Source: Fibrobacteria bacterium (lineage in GTDB: Bacteria; Fibrobacterota; Fibrobacteria; UBA11236). Taken from it: a stretch of 64,000 nucleotides of DNA. Positions 40,595-50,717 of this stretch are shown here, in pieces (positions within the stretch are counted from its first letter, which is position 1; every line of letters starts with the position of its first letter). Both the position numbers and the translations under genes were made by a program. A model generated the notes under the pieces. That model saw nothing but the letters and a program-made list of their open reading frames with translations, had not been told where the DNA came from and ran no database searches. The DNA lies in the NCBI GenBank assembly GCA_043745805.1, contig JAYTSD010000008.1, positions 192,001-256,000 of the forward strand, written 5' to 3'.

Positions 40595-42789
40595 TATAGC
40601 AGCTTAACTACGGCATTATTTTTATAGGCCTCAATATACTTCGAGTGAATAGCTTTGATCTCATCCGCTGCGTTTTGTTCACCCGATAATGATTCCTTGC
40701 TTAACCATACTAATCCAGTAAATATTGGAATATGCCTTAGCGGATAATGCCATCCTATACGTAACCAAAAATCTTGATCTCCAATAGCCTTATATCGTCC
40801 ATCAAAATATCCAATATGCGCATGTAAAGTTTTACGCCAAATTGGATGAGGACCAACCAAACAGCTTAAAAGCATATCTTCATATTTATATTCAGGCCAA
40901 ACAAAAGCACCATTATACTCGTGAGAGGGTTTATGTTGACCAAATTTCTCATGAGGGTTATCCGTTAAATAGGAATCGCCATAAATTAACATGACTTCCG
41001 AATTATTATCTAATGCTTCGCATAAAATTTCATAAGCCTTAGGATTTAATACATCATTAGTACTAAATGGTGTGAGATAATTTGCAGAAGCTACATGAAT
41101 AGCCAAATTCCATGCGGGATAGATACCTATGCGCTCCGGAGTGCGTAGGTATTTTATATTCGAATAACGCTTTTGATACGCTAAGACAATACTTTTTTCG
41201 TTCTGATTTGAATGCGCATCAACAATAATAATTTCAATTTGATCGAAAATGGATTGGGCAATTAAGTTTTCCAAACATTCTTGCATAAACTCTTCTGAAT
41301 TATAAGTAGATACTAATACTGACAAACGATAGTTTCGTGATACATAACCTAATGCAGAAACATCGCATTTAAGAAAAAAATGCTGTAAATATTTGTTTTC
41401 TTTATCGATCAAATAATTTGTCATTTCTAAATCATCAGGGTGTTCGTCGAGAAAACAATAAACCATAGCAAATAAGTCATTATATAATCCAAAATCTGGT
41501 AATAAATCTCCGCAGTTCATTAAAGCATTGCGATCATAGGGATCGGCCTTAACGGCCTCAAAGAAATAACGCAAAGCCATTTCATTTTTTCCACTTACTA
41601 AAGATATCACCCCTAAATTATTAAGAGTGCGGCTATGTATGGGCTGCTTTTTTAATACATCGAATAACAAACTTTCAGCCAAGGAGAAATTATTTTCTGA
41701 AAATGCTTTTTCTGCCAATTCATTTTGTTCGTCAAACCAATTTGACTCTTGAGCGGTATCCAGATCAACCGCTGTATAACAGATCCAATCTTTATTCATG
41801 GGAATTAATTGTATTGGTAAATTCTTTAAATCGAGCTGTAATTCTGCACTTCCTAAAAAGGCTTGCTGTCCTAATGGTATGTCTAAATTTTCAATCCCAA
41901 AATTAAACTCAGGTAAAATATTTTTTATTTTGGCTGACATAAACTTTAGTGCACTGGCATATTCAACATAACAATATTCTAATACTTCTCGAGTAATAGG
42001 ATAATGAGAATGTTTGTTGGGAATAATAATATTATTATTAACCATCACTAAAGCATGAAAATGAAAAAATATCAAAGGATATTTTTTATTTAGTTCAACA
42101 GTTCCATGATCATTTCGACGGATATTATATTGCTCATGATTCCAAGGTGCAACACCTGCACCAATATGTTGTAAAACTTTCACACCCGAAAATCTTTGTG
42201 GCCAATCATTCAAATACATTTGATCACCCATTTTGCCATCAGAATATTGCTCATAGCACCATTCTAAACAGCGTTCACGCCACCATTGCAGAACCCTCAT
42301 CCCTTCTAAATTGTTGCGGAAACCTAAAAGGCCGACATTGTATTTTCCACTTTGAACTTCTAATTTCACCAAGCCTCGAGAAAAACGATGCTCATGAATT
42401 AATACCGAAGCCTGATTAAATTCATCAAAAATAGGAGCGGGAGATGAATAAAAGAATAAATCGGAATCAACATAAGTTAAAGCATCAATGCTTGGATATT
42501 TTTCCAAAACCCATTTAATAATGGTGGGAGTGCAAGTCCAATAATATTCGACCAAACTGCGATTTTTTTTTGCATCCTGAAGTGGCATATCATTATGCTC
42601 TACTTCATGAAAGGCAATAATAGTAATATTTTGAATTTTTAATTTAAATAATACAGCACGACTAATTTCATCCAAACAAATTACATAAACATGAAACGAA
42701 GACTCTTCCCAATGTTGCAATGATTCAAGTAAGGCCAAGCCTTTAGCCAAATAATTACGATCAAAATAAGTACAATAATAGCGAGCCAT
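40594..42789 (-). CDS. Multidomain glycosyltransferase GT-A(GT8-like)-TPR-GT2
   Basis: YCTYFDRNYL, YVDSDLFF, YNVG, GDQMYL; TLNNLGV TPR; second domain LVSTYN/IVDAHS. Confidence 0.87.
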   Translation of the reverse strand: MARYYCTYFDRNYLAKGLALLESLQHWEESSFHVYVICLDEISRAVLFKLKIQNITIIAFHEVEHNDMPLQDAKKNRSLVEYYWTCTPTIIKWVLEKYPSIDALTYVDSDLFFYSSPAPIFDEFNQASVLIHEHRFSRGLVKLEVQSGKYNVGLLGFRNNLEGMRVLQWWRERCLEWCYEQYSDGKMGDQMYLNDWPQRFSGVKVLQHIGAGVAPWNHEQYNIRRNDHGTVELNKKYPLIFFHFHALVMVNNNIIIPNKHSHYPITREVLEYCYVEYASALKFMSAKIKNILPEFNFGIENLDIPLGQQAFLGSAELQLDLKNLPIQLIPMNKDWICYTAVDLDTAQESNWFDEQNELAEKAFSENNFSLAESLLFDVLKKQPIHSRTLNNLGVISLVSGKNEMALRYFFEAVKADPYDRNALMNCGDLLPDFGLYNDLFAMVYCFLDEHPDDLEMTNYLIDKENKYLQHFFLKCDVSALGYVSRNYRLSVLVSTYNSEEFMQECLENLIAQSIFDQIEIIIVDAHSNQNEKSIVLAYQKRYSNIKYLRTPERIGIYPAWNLAIHVASANYLTPFSTNDVLNPKAYEILCEALDNNSEVMLIYGDSYLTDNPHEKFGQHKPSHEYNGAFVWPEYKYEDMLLSCLVGPHPIWRKTLHAHIGYFDGRYKAIGDQDFWLRIGWHYPLRHIPIFTGLVWLSKESLSGEQNAADEIKAIHSKYIEAYKNNAVVKLL

Positions 42790-45419
42790 TAACCCACCCC
42801 GCTTTCAATCAATTGCTGTAATCTTGCAATAGACTGTTCAACCTTATTACTAAATTTTTCGATTTTTTTTTCATCTTGCAAAAATTGTGGATGTAAAGCC
42901 AAGGATTTTTGTTTTCCTGCCTTAGCAATTATTTCTCTCTCCAAAGGATAGCGAATAAAGTACTGAATTAATGCGATACATTCTTCAACAGTGCGGTAAG
43001 AAATAATTTCTTTCCCAATATCAAATGATTTTGATAAACCTTCATGATATTCTGTAATTAATAAAGCGCCGTTATTTAATACCTGTAAAAAATACGCGTT
43101 AACTTCATTATTTTCAAAACGAAAACCAGGAGGAACCACAATTATTTGAGATTGTTGTATAATGTCATGTTTATTTTTTTCACTGATTTCACCCAAATGT
43201 TTTAGCAAAATTGCTGAATCGTTATTTAAAATATTTTTATTTTTACCCCAAAATTTAATTGGCAATTTGCTCGCTAGTTTTTCCAAAAAAGCAATCTCAT
43301 TAGCATCTGTTAAATTGCCAATAAAGGTAATGGGATGATTTTTTTCGGTTTTCGAAATAATCTCTGCTTGAGAACATGTGATTTTTTTTAGAGTATGGAA
43401 TAATTCAACGTTATATGGAAAGTCGCTTGCTTGCAAAGAGTTTAAATTTTCTTTACCAGCATACTCTAATGTAAATACAAATTGACTGGATAATCTGCCA
43501 AGCCGGTCTCCCATGCGAGACAAGCGATGTATATGTTGACCCTGGTATAAATAATCCACATAATTTTTACTACTTAATAAAATATGTAAACCTAAGTTAT
43601 TATATTTTTTTAACTCACCAAAATTAATTTCCAAGTTAGGATTTACCTCTACCCAAATCAAAGTAAAATCATTTTCCTTGTCTTCACCCGACATTAACCA
43701 ATGGACGGTCCGACGAAGTTGGATACATAGCGCTTCCAGTTCATTTATTTTAGAATCAGAATTTTGTTGGTCTTGTAACCGAAGCCTTTTGTTTTCGCAT
43801 ATATCCGATTTTGCAAAAACTGTAGACTCAATTAAAGGTGCTTCTTTGGTCATTTTAAACGGAAGCACACCATTAAATTTTTTATCTGAATTAATATCGC
43901 TTATATCAATAGCCCAAACGGTGTAATAAAAATTATACCATCGAAATGCATATAAAATATTTTCTAAGCTTGGAGTTTGCTGTAATAAGCTTTCTAATTT
44001 TGAAAAATAGCCTGATTGATTATCGGCCCATTCCATAAATATTTCATGCGGCCAGAATCCCACACCATGAGTTGATTTTAATACAGGCACGCCTAAGCGC
44101 GCCATTTCTAAGCCTATAGTGCTCCATGTAGTGAGTACTACATCCGCTATCTCTCCCAAATCATAACTGGAAATATTTTCTTCTGGCCAAATAATTTGGC
44201 AGTTTTTAAATACCTGATTTGCAAAACTATTTTTTAATAATTCTAAATGTTGAGAACGTACTTGTTCACGTTTGTTTGCCCCTTCGCGAGGATGGATACG
44301 TACAATTAATTGAATATCGTCTCTTTTTTCTGCAAATTGAATTAGCGCTTCAATCCAAGGAATTTGCTCATCTCCAAAAGGCAATTTGAAATCCTTCATA
44401 GTAACATGTAATGCATCTATCATGGCCTTACTCGCCATTCGTTCATCTAAACTACTGGTAAAGGCTACTAAAAGTTTTTTGTTTGGAAGCAAACCAAGTT
44501 TAGTATGTAGATCGATTGGATTAGTATTTTTTGCTGGTGAGTATACATGAGAGGCCGTTGATGAATTCATGCGTATTAATACATCATCCATAGCACTCTT
44601 TACTTGAGTTTTATTTAAAGCTAATTCGCGCCATCCCGCCCATAAATCAAGTGACCTATTTGCTTCATGCCATATTGAATCAGGGTAGAGACACAAAAGT
44701 GTTTTATCACCGGTTAAATGTTGGGATGTGGTTGTAGTGATACTGGGAATGCCGTGCTTACGTCCAGCCAAACGAGTTGCAACTAATAGACTATATTCTT
44801 CATGATACATTATTGCAGAAATAGGAAGCCTGGCACATATCTCATCCGCAATTTTGTAACTTAATATTGCGCTTAGGGTATACTGCTTCCAGCCAGCACT
44901 AACTTCTTCTGATAAATTTTCAAGATCAAGAATTTTTTGTGATTGCACTAATGCAGAAATACACATTTTGCCGAATGCAATGCCTTCATAAACCAAATCT
45001 TGTAAATGTTCTTCATATTGTTGGATTATCATTGTGATTTCCATTATCATTTGCGGAGTCACAAAATCATGAATATCTAAAAATTTCAGGCCATAATATT
45101 GTTCCAAGGCAACTGAATGCTGAAGACAATTTTCACATACTTTCTTTTTATTTTCCTGTAACTCGGTATGCGGCAAATTATACATATCCATTACTGGACA
45201 TCGAGTAAAAACGGATTGACAACGCACCATCAATACAGAGTGACCCATTTCTTGTAATGTTTTCGCTAACAAAGCCTGTGCGGCAAAATGAGGAAGTACG
45301 CCTGCTTCAGGAGTAAAAACGAGTATATGTTTTTTTTCTGATGGGTTAGCGGGTAAATGGTTGCTCAAATTAAACCTTCCAATTCTTGGGAAATAATGCG
45401 TTTGCTTAAATTCTAGCAT
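42789..45419 (-). CDS. Capsule-biosynthesis/GT-B protein (candidate nonulosonate transferase) fused to a CgeB-like domain
   Basis: VRIHPRE and STIGLE motifs as in KpsS/sialyltransferase-like proteins; C-terminal GALLITE..FDIGKEIISY..IAKAG. Confidence 0.7.
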   Translation of the reverse strand: MLEFKQTHYFPRIGRFNLSNHLPANPSEKKHILVFTPEAGVLPHFAAQALLAKTLQEMGHSVLMVRCQSVFTRCPVMDMYNLPHTELQENKKKVCENCLQHSVALEQYYGLKFLDIHDFVTPQMIMEITMIIQQYEEHLQDLVYEGIAFGKMCISALVQSQKILDLENLSEEVSAGWKQYTLSAILSYKIADEICARLPISAIMYHEEYSLLVATRLAGRKHGIPSITTTTSQHLTGDKTLLCLYPDSIWHEANRSLDLWAGWRELALNKTQVKSAMDDVLIRMNSSTASHVYSPAKNTNPIDLHTKLGLLPNKKLLVAFTSSLDERMASKAMIDALHVTMKDFKLPFGDEQIPWIEALIQFAEKRDDIQLIVRIHPREGANKREQVRSQHLELLKNSFANQVFKNCQIIWPEENISSYDLGEIADVVLTTWSTIGLEMARLGVPVLKSTHGVGFWPHEIFMEWADNQSGYFSKLESLLQQTPSLENILYAFRWYNFYYTVWAIDISDINSDKKFNGVLPFKMTKEAPLIESTVFAKSDICENKRLRLQDQQNSDSKINELEALCIQLRRTVHWLMSGEDKENDFTLIWVEVNPNLEINFGELKKYNNLGLHILLSSKNYVDYLYQGQHIHRLSRMGDRLGRLSSQFVFTLEYAGKENLNSLQASDFPYNVELFHTLKKITCSQAEIISKTEKNHPITFIGNLTDANEIAFLEKLASKLPIKFWGKNKNILNNDSAILLKHLGEISEKNKHDIIQQSQIIVVPPGFRFENNEVNAYFLQVLNNGALLITEYHEGLSKSFDIGKEIISYRTVEECIALIQYFIRYPLEREIIAKAGKQKSLALHPQFLQDEKKIEKFSNKVEQSIARLQQLIESGVG

Positions 45420-45497
45420 TATCAAATTGCCGAATTCATCTTAGGAATGAATAATATTAATGAGTTAAAAAAAGTACTATAAAAGTTAATGTATTTA

Positions 45498-45526
45498 ATA
45501 AAGTGATTTACGCGAAATCGCTTTAT
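45498..45526. terminator. Intergenic hairpin, possible weak terminator or mRNA stability element
   Basis: ATAAAGTGATTT-ACGCG-AAATCGCTTTAT inverted repeat. Confidence 0.35.
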
Positions 45527-45549
45527 AGTTCAGTATAAGTACGTGCTTA

Positions 45550-47538
45550 TCAAAAATTGAACTTACTGAAAATATCAGGAAATGCTTTTGTCATCTCTTT
45601 AATGTCAGGAATAATCTTTTCCGGTAAACGAGTGTTACGTGGAAATGCCGTTCCACAAAGGGTATTCGCATATTCAATTTCCAAAAGTAATCGATGCCCT
45701 TTTGTAGGATGTTTTCCTTTGTGAAATCCTCGTGTGTCCTCAGCAATGATTAATCCTCGGGGTCCAGTATATTCATGAAATTTATTTTCAGCATAATGCT
45801 TAAGCATATCTTCATCAGAAATTCTCTGATAACCCCTTTGTAATAGTTCCGGCGGCTTCTGACCTCTTTTATGTGATTCTTCAACGAAACAATGAGGTCC
45901 AGTGTCACTTTCGACATCAGTAAGGTAAACAAACCATTTAATCCATTTAATCCAATCCATATCGAAATGATACAGTTGTGCCACCTCAGTCTCTGGACTT
46001 TTAGCATAAAGAGTACTCCACCACATTACTAAAGTAGAGAGAATAGGATTTGTACCCAAGTAGGCTTGAGATATTGCTAATAAGTTTGGATCGGAAATTA
46101 GTCTTTGTACTTCTACTTGAGCGAGTAAATCTTTTGATCCAAATTGATATTTATCCGCAAGTATTTTTTCAGGATTATAAACGGCATATTCTGGTACACC
46201 TTCGCGTGGGGGTATTAATTCGGCTTTTTCAGAATAAGCAAAGGACATTAATTTTTCAATAATCGAATCTGCTAATTGGTTCTCAAATACAAAAAATCCT
46301 TTGTCGCGAATTTGATTGGAAATGGCATGTATTTCTTTTGCATTTAATGGCCCAAGTACACTTTTAACTTCTGAATTGGCTTTTACTAAGGGTAATGTAT
46401 AATTCGGTTTAAATAACATTAATAAAAAGACTAAAAAATCATTAGACCATCCATTAGTTTGGCAATATAAATTAATCACTTGTCCAAATGCATCTGGAAT
46501 ATTTTTTCCCGTTGAAACATATTGTTTCGCTCCAGAAATAACTGATTTTATTTCCTCTAAAATCAAAGGGTTTGCAAAAGCATCCATGCCAATCACATCT
46601 GCAAATAAACGTGGTAATAAATCCAAATTTTGAATAGCAGCGCTTTCGCATTCACGGGAAAATTGCTGAGATAGATTTTCACTAGAATCATTTTCGGCGA
46701 TGGAGAAAGTTAATCCCTCGCTTAGTGAAGTTGGAAAGGCATAATTTGCACAAAGTACTGAAGCTTGAAATTTTTCCAAGGAAAAATCTAAAGACTTTGT
46801 TTTAACCCTATCCACAATAAACCATTGTTCATCAACTCTCCAAAGAATAATTAATGGCAATGCGGGTGAAATCGTATCCAAGGGTAATATGGAGGTGACA
46901 TTCAATAATTTTGAGAATGTTAATAAGGAAGATTCAGCTATTGAATTATTTGCGGACTCCAGTTTTGTGGAATTGATTACGACTAGGTTATAGTCCTCCC
47001 TTGCCTCGTTGCCCATAAGGGAATGAATTAACCATTTTCGTAAAAGCTTACGGAGAATAGAAATTTGTTTTTCAAAACCTTTTTGAGGAAGGCATAAAAA
47101 CTTTTCTAGTGCTGGCAAATGCTTTAGTAAATCGATCCAAATTGTGGTTTCAGGAGATATCGATAGTGCTTTAATCATTAATTGGAAGGCCAAATTATAT
47201 TGCTGGCACTGAAAAGCTTGGAAAGCCAAGCTCAATTTAAACCGTGCCGCATTATTAATATTTCCTAATGACTCATAACATTTAATGATTTGTTGATAAA
47301 AAGCTTCGCTTTTCGCGCCTTCAGAATAAGCCTTTTCTAAGGCCCATATTTCTAAATCAGGGCTAAATTTTTGACAAGCAAAGGCAAATCCCTGATACCA
47401 TTCCAATGCCAAATCTGCAGGAGGATTAATCGTTTTTTCTAAATACTCAATAATTTGAGTATCATTCATTTTTTGTTTATCAAATAAAGCGAGCAAGCTT
47501 TCAGCTTGTTGAACAAGGCTATTATTAATATCAGTCAT
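45550..47538 (-). CDS. TPR-like N-terminus fused to a PhyH-family Fe(II)/2-oxoglutarate dioxygenase
   Basis: YHFD (HxD), FVYLTDV..DTGPH and DTRGFHKG..R facial-triad motifs. Confidence 0.82.
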   Translation of the reverse strand: MTDINNSLVQQAESLLALFDKQKMNDTQIIEYLEKTINPPADLALEWYQGFAFACQKFSPDLEIWALEKAYSEGAKSEAFYQQIIKCYESLGNINNAARFKLSLAFQAFQCQQYNLAFQLMIKALSISPETTIWIDLLKHLPALEKFLCLPQKGFEKQISILRKLLRKWLIHSLMGNEAREDYNLVVINSTKLESANNSIAESSLLTFSKLLNVTSILPLDTISPALPLIILWRVDEQWFIVDRVKTKSLDFSLEKFQASVLCANYAFPTSLSEGLTFSIAENDSSENLSQQFSRECESAAIQNLDLLPRLFADVIGMDAFANPLILEEIKSVISGAKQYVSTGKNIPDAFGQVINLYCQTNGWSNDFLVFLLMLFKPNYTLPLVKANSEVKSVLGPLNAKEIHAISNQIRDKGFFVFENQLADSIIEKLMSFAYSEKAELIPPREGVPEYAVYNPEKILADKYQFGSKDLLAQVEVQRLISDPNLLAISQAYLGTNPILSTLVMWWSTLYAKSPETEVAQLYHFDMDWIKWIKWFVYLTDVESDTGPHCFVEESHKRGQKPPELLQRGYQRISDEDMLKHYAENKFHEYTGPRGLIIAEDTRGFHKGKHPTKGHRLLLEIEYANTLCGTAFPRNTRLPEKIIPDIKEMTKAFPDIFSKFNF

Positions 47539-47649
47539 AGTAATATATCCATTTTTAATATCATCAAAACTATTTATATGCTCGTTCTATTTTAGAGTTA
47601 TGTAATTAGTATAAATAGATTAACCTTAATTTTATTTAGAGTAAAGATT

Positions 47650-48906
47650 TTATAAATGAAAAAATGACAAAAAGTTTTGTGCTTCTCGATTAAATGTATC
47701 GGGAATACGTCTTACAAAAAATTGAGAGCCAACCTCAGCATTATTCCAATGAAAAACGCCGGTAACTAACCCGTAGAGATAGCGAGAATCGATAATAATT
47801 TCGGATCGTGGAGATATTTTTTCGATTGCTTTAGTGAACTGAAATTCACGTTTTTCTTTGTTGGCATTACATACAAAATATCCATCAATAATTTTAATAC
47901 AAAAGAAAAAATCCTGGGTACATTCAGATTTCCTCAATGCATTTTCTCCACATTTAGGAAGCAACGTACGAAAAGGAATTATATTGTCAGGTAGCTCACG
48001 AAAATATTTTTCATAATGCATTTCCCGATTCAAAAGTGATTCTACAAATTTTTCAACATCCTCAGGATGATAAGCTTTTTTTCTTTCGCGATTTACCTTA
48101 AGCGTCTCGGTATCAATATAAGCATCACCGCCATCATCCAGCACTATCGCAGTATTGTCAAAAACCGTAACCTCAATTGCATCAGCAACTCCACGATAAG
48201 CATTCAATTTGGCAAGCTGTCCGCCAAGATAATATTTTCCAGCAAATGGAATTACCACTTTGGCTGCTAATACATCTCTAGATTTTATATAACGCTCAAA
48301 GAATGATTTTTTTTTCTCTTCCGCTTTTTCCTTAAGGCTTGGCCCAATATCAAAATAAGTTTGCGGATAGGGTCCAGCGCCTGTATACCCCAATAACGCC
48401 ACAGTAGGTGAACCTTTTACAAAAGATTTAATTTGGTTTAAAAAAACCAAATTAAAAAGATTATCATTCAGGTTAACAACTGAATGTCCCGAACTTTTTT
48501 CAACTACCGCCAAAGCAGAATCTATATCATAAATATGCTCTGTCTCATTAGGGAAAATTCGTAAGACTATGTCCTCAATTTCCAGTTCGGAAAGGATAGT
48601 ATGTGAAATTCCCGCGCCTGTCATTTTTTTGCTTAAAAAGTTATTTTTAAAATCGGCAATAACTATTTTCGCATTAGGGTAATAACTCAAATATTCCTTG
48701 AGAAAAATGGGATCAAAATGATCGGGATGAATATGGGAAATATAGATATAGTCATATTTCCCAATTACTTTAATTGGATCAGCTAGTTTTGGATATTGAT
48801 ACCAACTACCATCATACGCTCCCTCGGTAAACCATGGGTCACATAAAATCGAAAAATGAGTTGTGCGAATTCCGATGCAAGCTGAATAATAATAGTAGAC
48901 CTTCAT
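47650..48906 (-). CDS. Metallo-beta-lactamase fold protein resembling the CMP-Neu5Ac hydroxylase catalytic domain, without a Rieske domain
   Basis: LCDPWF..GAYDGSW, YIYISHIHPDH, NLND, GAGPYP and PFAG. Confidence 0.75.
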   Translation of the reverse strand: MKVYYYYSACIGIRTTHFSILCDPWFTEGAYDGSWYQYPKLADPIKVIGKYDYIYISHIHPDHFDPIFLKEYLSYYPNAKIVIADFKNNFLSKKMTGAGISHTILSELEIEDIVLRIFPNETEHIYDIDSALAVVEKSSGHSVVNLNDNLFNLVFLNQIKSFVKGSPTVALLGYTGAGPYPQTYFDIGPSLKEKAEEKKKSFFERYIKSRDVLAAKVVIPFAGKYYLGGQLAKLNAYRGVADAIEVTVFDNTAIVLDDGGDAYIDTETLKVNRERKKAYHPEDVEKFVESLLNREMHYEKYFRELPDNIIPFRTLLPKCGENALRKSECTQDFFFCIKIIDGYFVCNANKEKREFQFTKAIEKISPRSEIIIDSRYLYGLVTGVFHWNNAEVGSQFFVRRIPDTFNREAQNFLSFFHL

Positions 48907-48951
48907 CGATTTATTTTTCCTTCAAATATTATAAAAAGTGTTTTTTCAATG

Positions 48952-49686
48952 TTAAACTGTCTGTTGCTTTGTGATATAACTATTTAACATTGACCAATCC
49001 TTATGCTCATCCAACAATTTTAAAATGTCATACATATCAAAACACGGGTTAATGGGATATAGAGATTCATATATTCTCTTGATTAATTCGAAATCTTCTG
49101 GATAATCCAAAGTCCATCGATGATGGCTCAAGGCGTCTCCATGTACGACACTCGCCACTCTAAATATTTGTGGGTTCCGATAAATGTATGGGGTAACATT
49201 TTCTCGCTCTATGGAATCGATTGATTCGCGATTTGCTCGTTCAAGAACTGGAAATGAAAATATCTCTGTATGCATTCCAATGGGATAACTTGTTTCTAAA
49301 ATATTGGAGGCATAATCTAACTCTACTATATGATCTAAAAAATGCTGTATTACCTTTTCAGCAATTGCTGGATCAATCAGGGGACAATCGGAATTTATTC
49401 TTACAATATTATCGGCCTCAAAATATTTAGCTGCATCATAAAATCTTAACAATACGTCAGATTCAGATCCTCGGAAATAATCTATTGAAGTTTTTTCACA
49501 CAAATCGGCAATCAGTAAATCATTCGGATTATTCGTTGTAGCAATAACAACTCGACTTGCATTTTTGATTCTGCGCAATCTTAAAACCAAATGTTCTAAT
49601 ATAGTTTTTCCAGCTATTTCCTTTAAAATTTTTCCTGGTAACCTTGTTGAACCTAGCCTAGCCTGAACGAGAATAACGGTATTCAT
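48952..49686 (-). CDS. SpsF-type acylneuraminate cytidylyltransferase
   Basis: QARLGSTRLPGKIL, FRGSESDVL, DCPLIDP and RWTLDYPED. Confidence 0.88.
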   Translation of the reverse strand: MNTVILVQARLGSTRLPGKILKEIAGKTILEHLVLRLRRIKNASRVVIATTNNPNDLLIADLCEKTSIDYFRGSESDVLLRFYDAAKYFEADNIVRINSDCPLIDPAIAEKVIQHFLDHIVELDYASNILETSYPIGMHTEIFSFPVLERANRESIDSIERENVTPYIYRNPQIFRVASVVHGDALSHHRWTLDYPEDFELIKRIYESLYPINPCFDMYDILKLLDEHKDWSMLNSYITKQQTV

Positions 49687-50717
49687 ATTTCTATACTTTT
49701 TCCTTCAATAGCTGATTTTTTTGCGGCTATTACTACTTCAAGAGAATGTCGAGCGTCTTTAAGGCTTGTGGGAATAGTGGAACTTACCGATTCAGTTGCT
49801 AAAGCATGCAAAAAATTATCGGCTTGATTCGACAAAATTTTTTCCCAATCGCCATCGATCCATTCTTCAGTCCATGTTGGGCTGTCTGATTTATTCCATG
49901 CCAAAATCCCGGTGACTCTTTCATAACGAATATTTCCTGCTGTTCCAACTAATTCGATTTGATCCATATTGGGTTTTTGGAATTGATTTCCTACCATATT
50001 TCCAATGATCCCATTTTGAAAGTGAAGTGATAAAACGGCAGTATCTTCACCCTCACAACCTTCAAATACCTGTCGATTTGCCAAAGCATAAACCGATTTT
50101 ATAGGACCAGCAAAATAGGTTACCAAGTCCACATGATGCGTAAGCGCATCCAATAATAATCCTCCACCGGTAGATAATTTCGCATAGTAGGTTTGTTGAT
50201 AATCAGGCCTATACTTTCTAAAATCTTGGCTGAAATTACTAAGAATCATTTGGAGGTCTCCGATAAAACCTTCGTTTAGCATTTTTTTTATTTTTTTTAC
50301 TGCCTCAGAATTTCTACGCGGATAAGCTACTCCAGCTATTATTTTTTTTTCCTTAGCTTTTTGAATGAGTTCCGTAACGCGATCCAAATTATTGCTAATT
50401 GGTTTTTCTAACAAGAAAGGGATATTTCGATTGATACACCATTCGGCAAATTCGATATGCGTATGGGTAGGAGTAACAATTACTGCTCCATGAATATCCG
50501 CTAGAGGTAAATCCTCCAGATTTGTAAAACATGTAATGGACGAAAATTCATCTTGAATATTTTGTAGTCTTTTAGAATCAATATCAAAGCAATAAATTCG
50601 GATATTATTCATTTCGGAAAATACCTTAATATGCCTGCGACCCATTCCTCCCAATCCAATAATCAAAATATTTTTCATTTTATTTTCAAACCTAGGTAGA
50701 ATTAAATTATAGTCCAT
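49683..50717 (-). CDS. Gfo/Idh/MocA family oxidoreductase
   Basis: IIGLGGMG, LEKP, GGGLLLDALTH; alternative start at 50678. Confidence 0.88.
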   Translation of the reverse strand: MDYNLILPRFENKMKNILIIGLGGMGRRHIKVFSEMNNIRIYCFDIDSKRLQNIQDEFSSITCFTNLEDLPLADIHGAVIVTPTHTHIEFAEWCINRNIPFLLEKPISNNLDRVTELIQKAKEKKIIAGVAYPRRNSEAVKKIKKMLNEGFIGDLQMILSNFSQDFRKYRPDYQQTYYAKLSTGGGLLLDALTHHVDLVTYFAGPIKSVYALANRQVFEGCEGEDTAVLSLHFQNGIIGNMVGNQFQKPNMDQIELVGTAGNIRYERVTGILAWNKSDSPTWTEEWIDGDWEKILSNQADNFLHALATESVSSTIPTSLKDARHSLEVVIAAKKSAIEGKSIEI

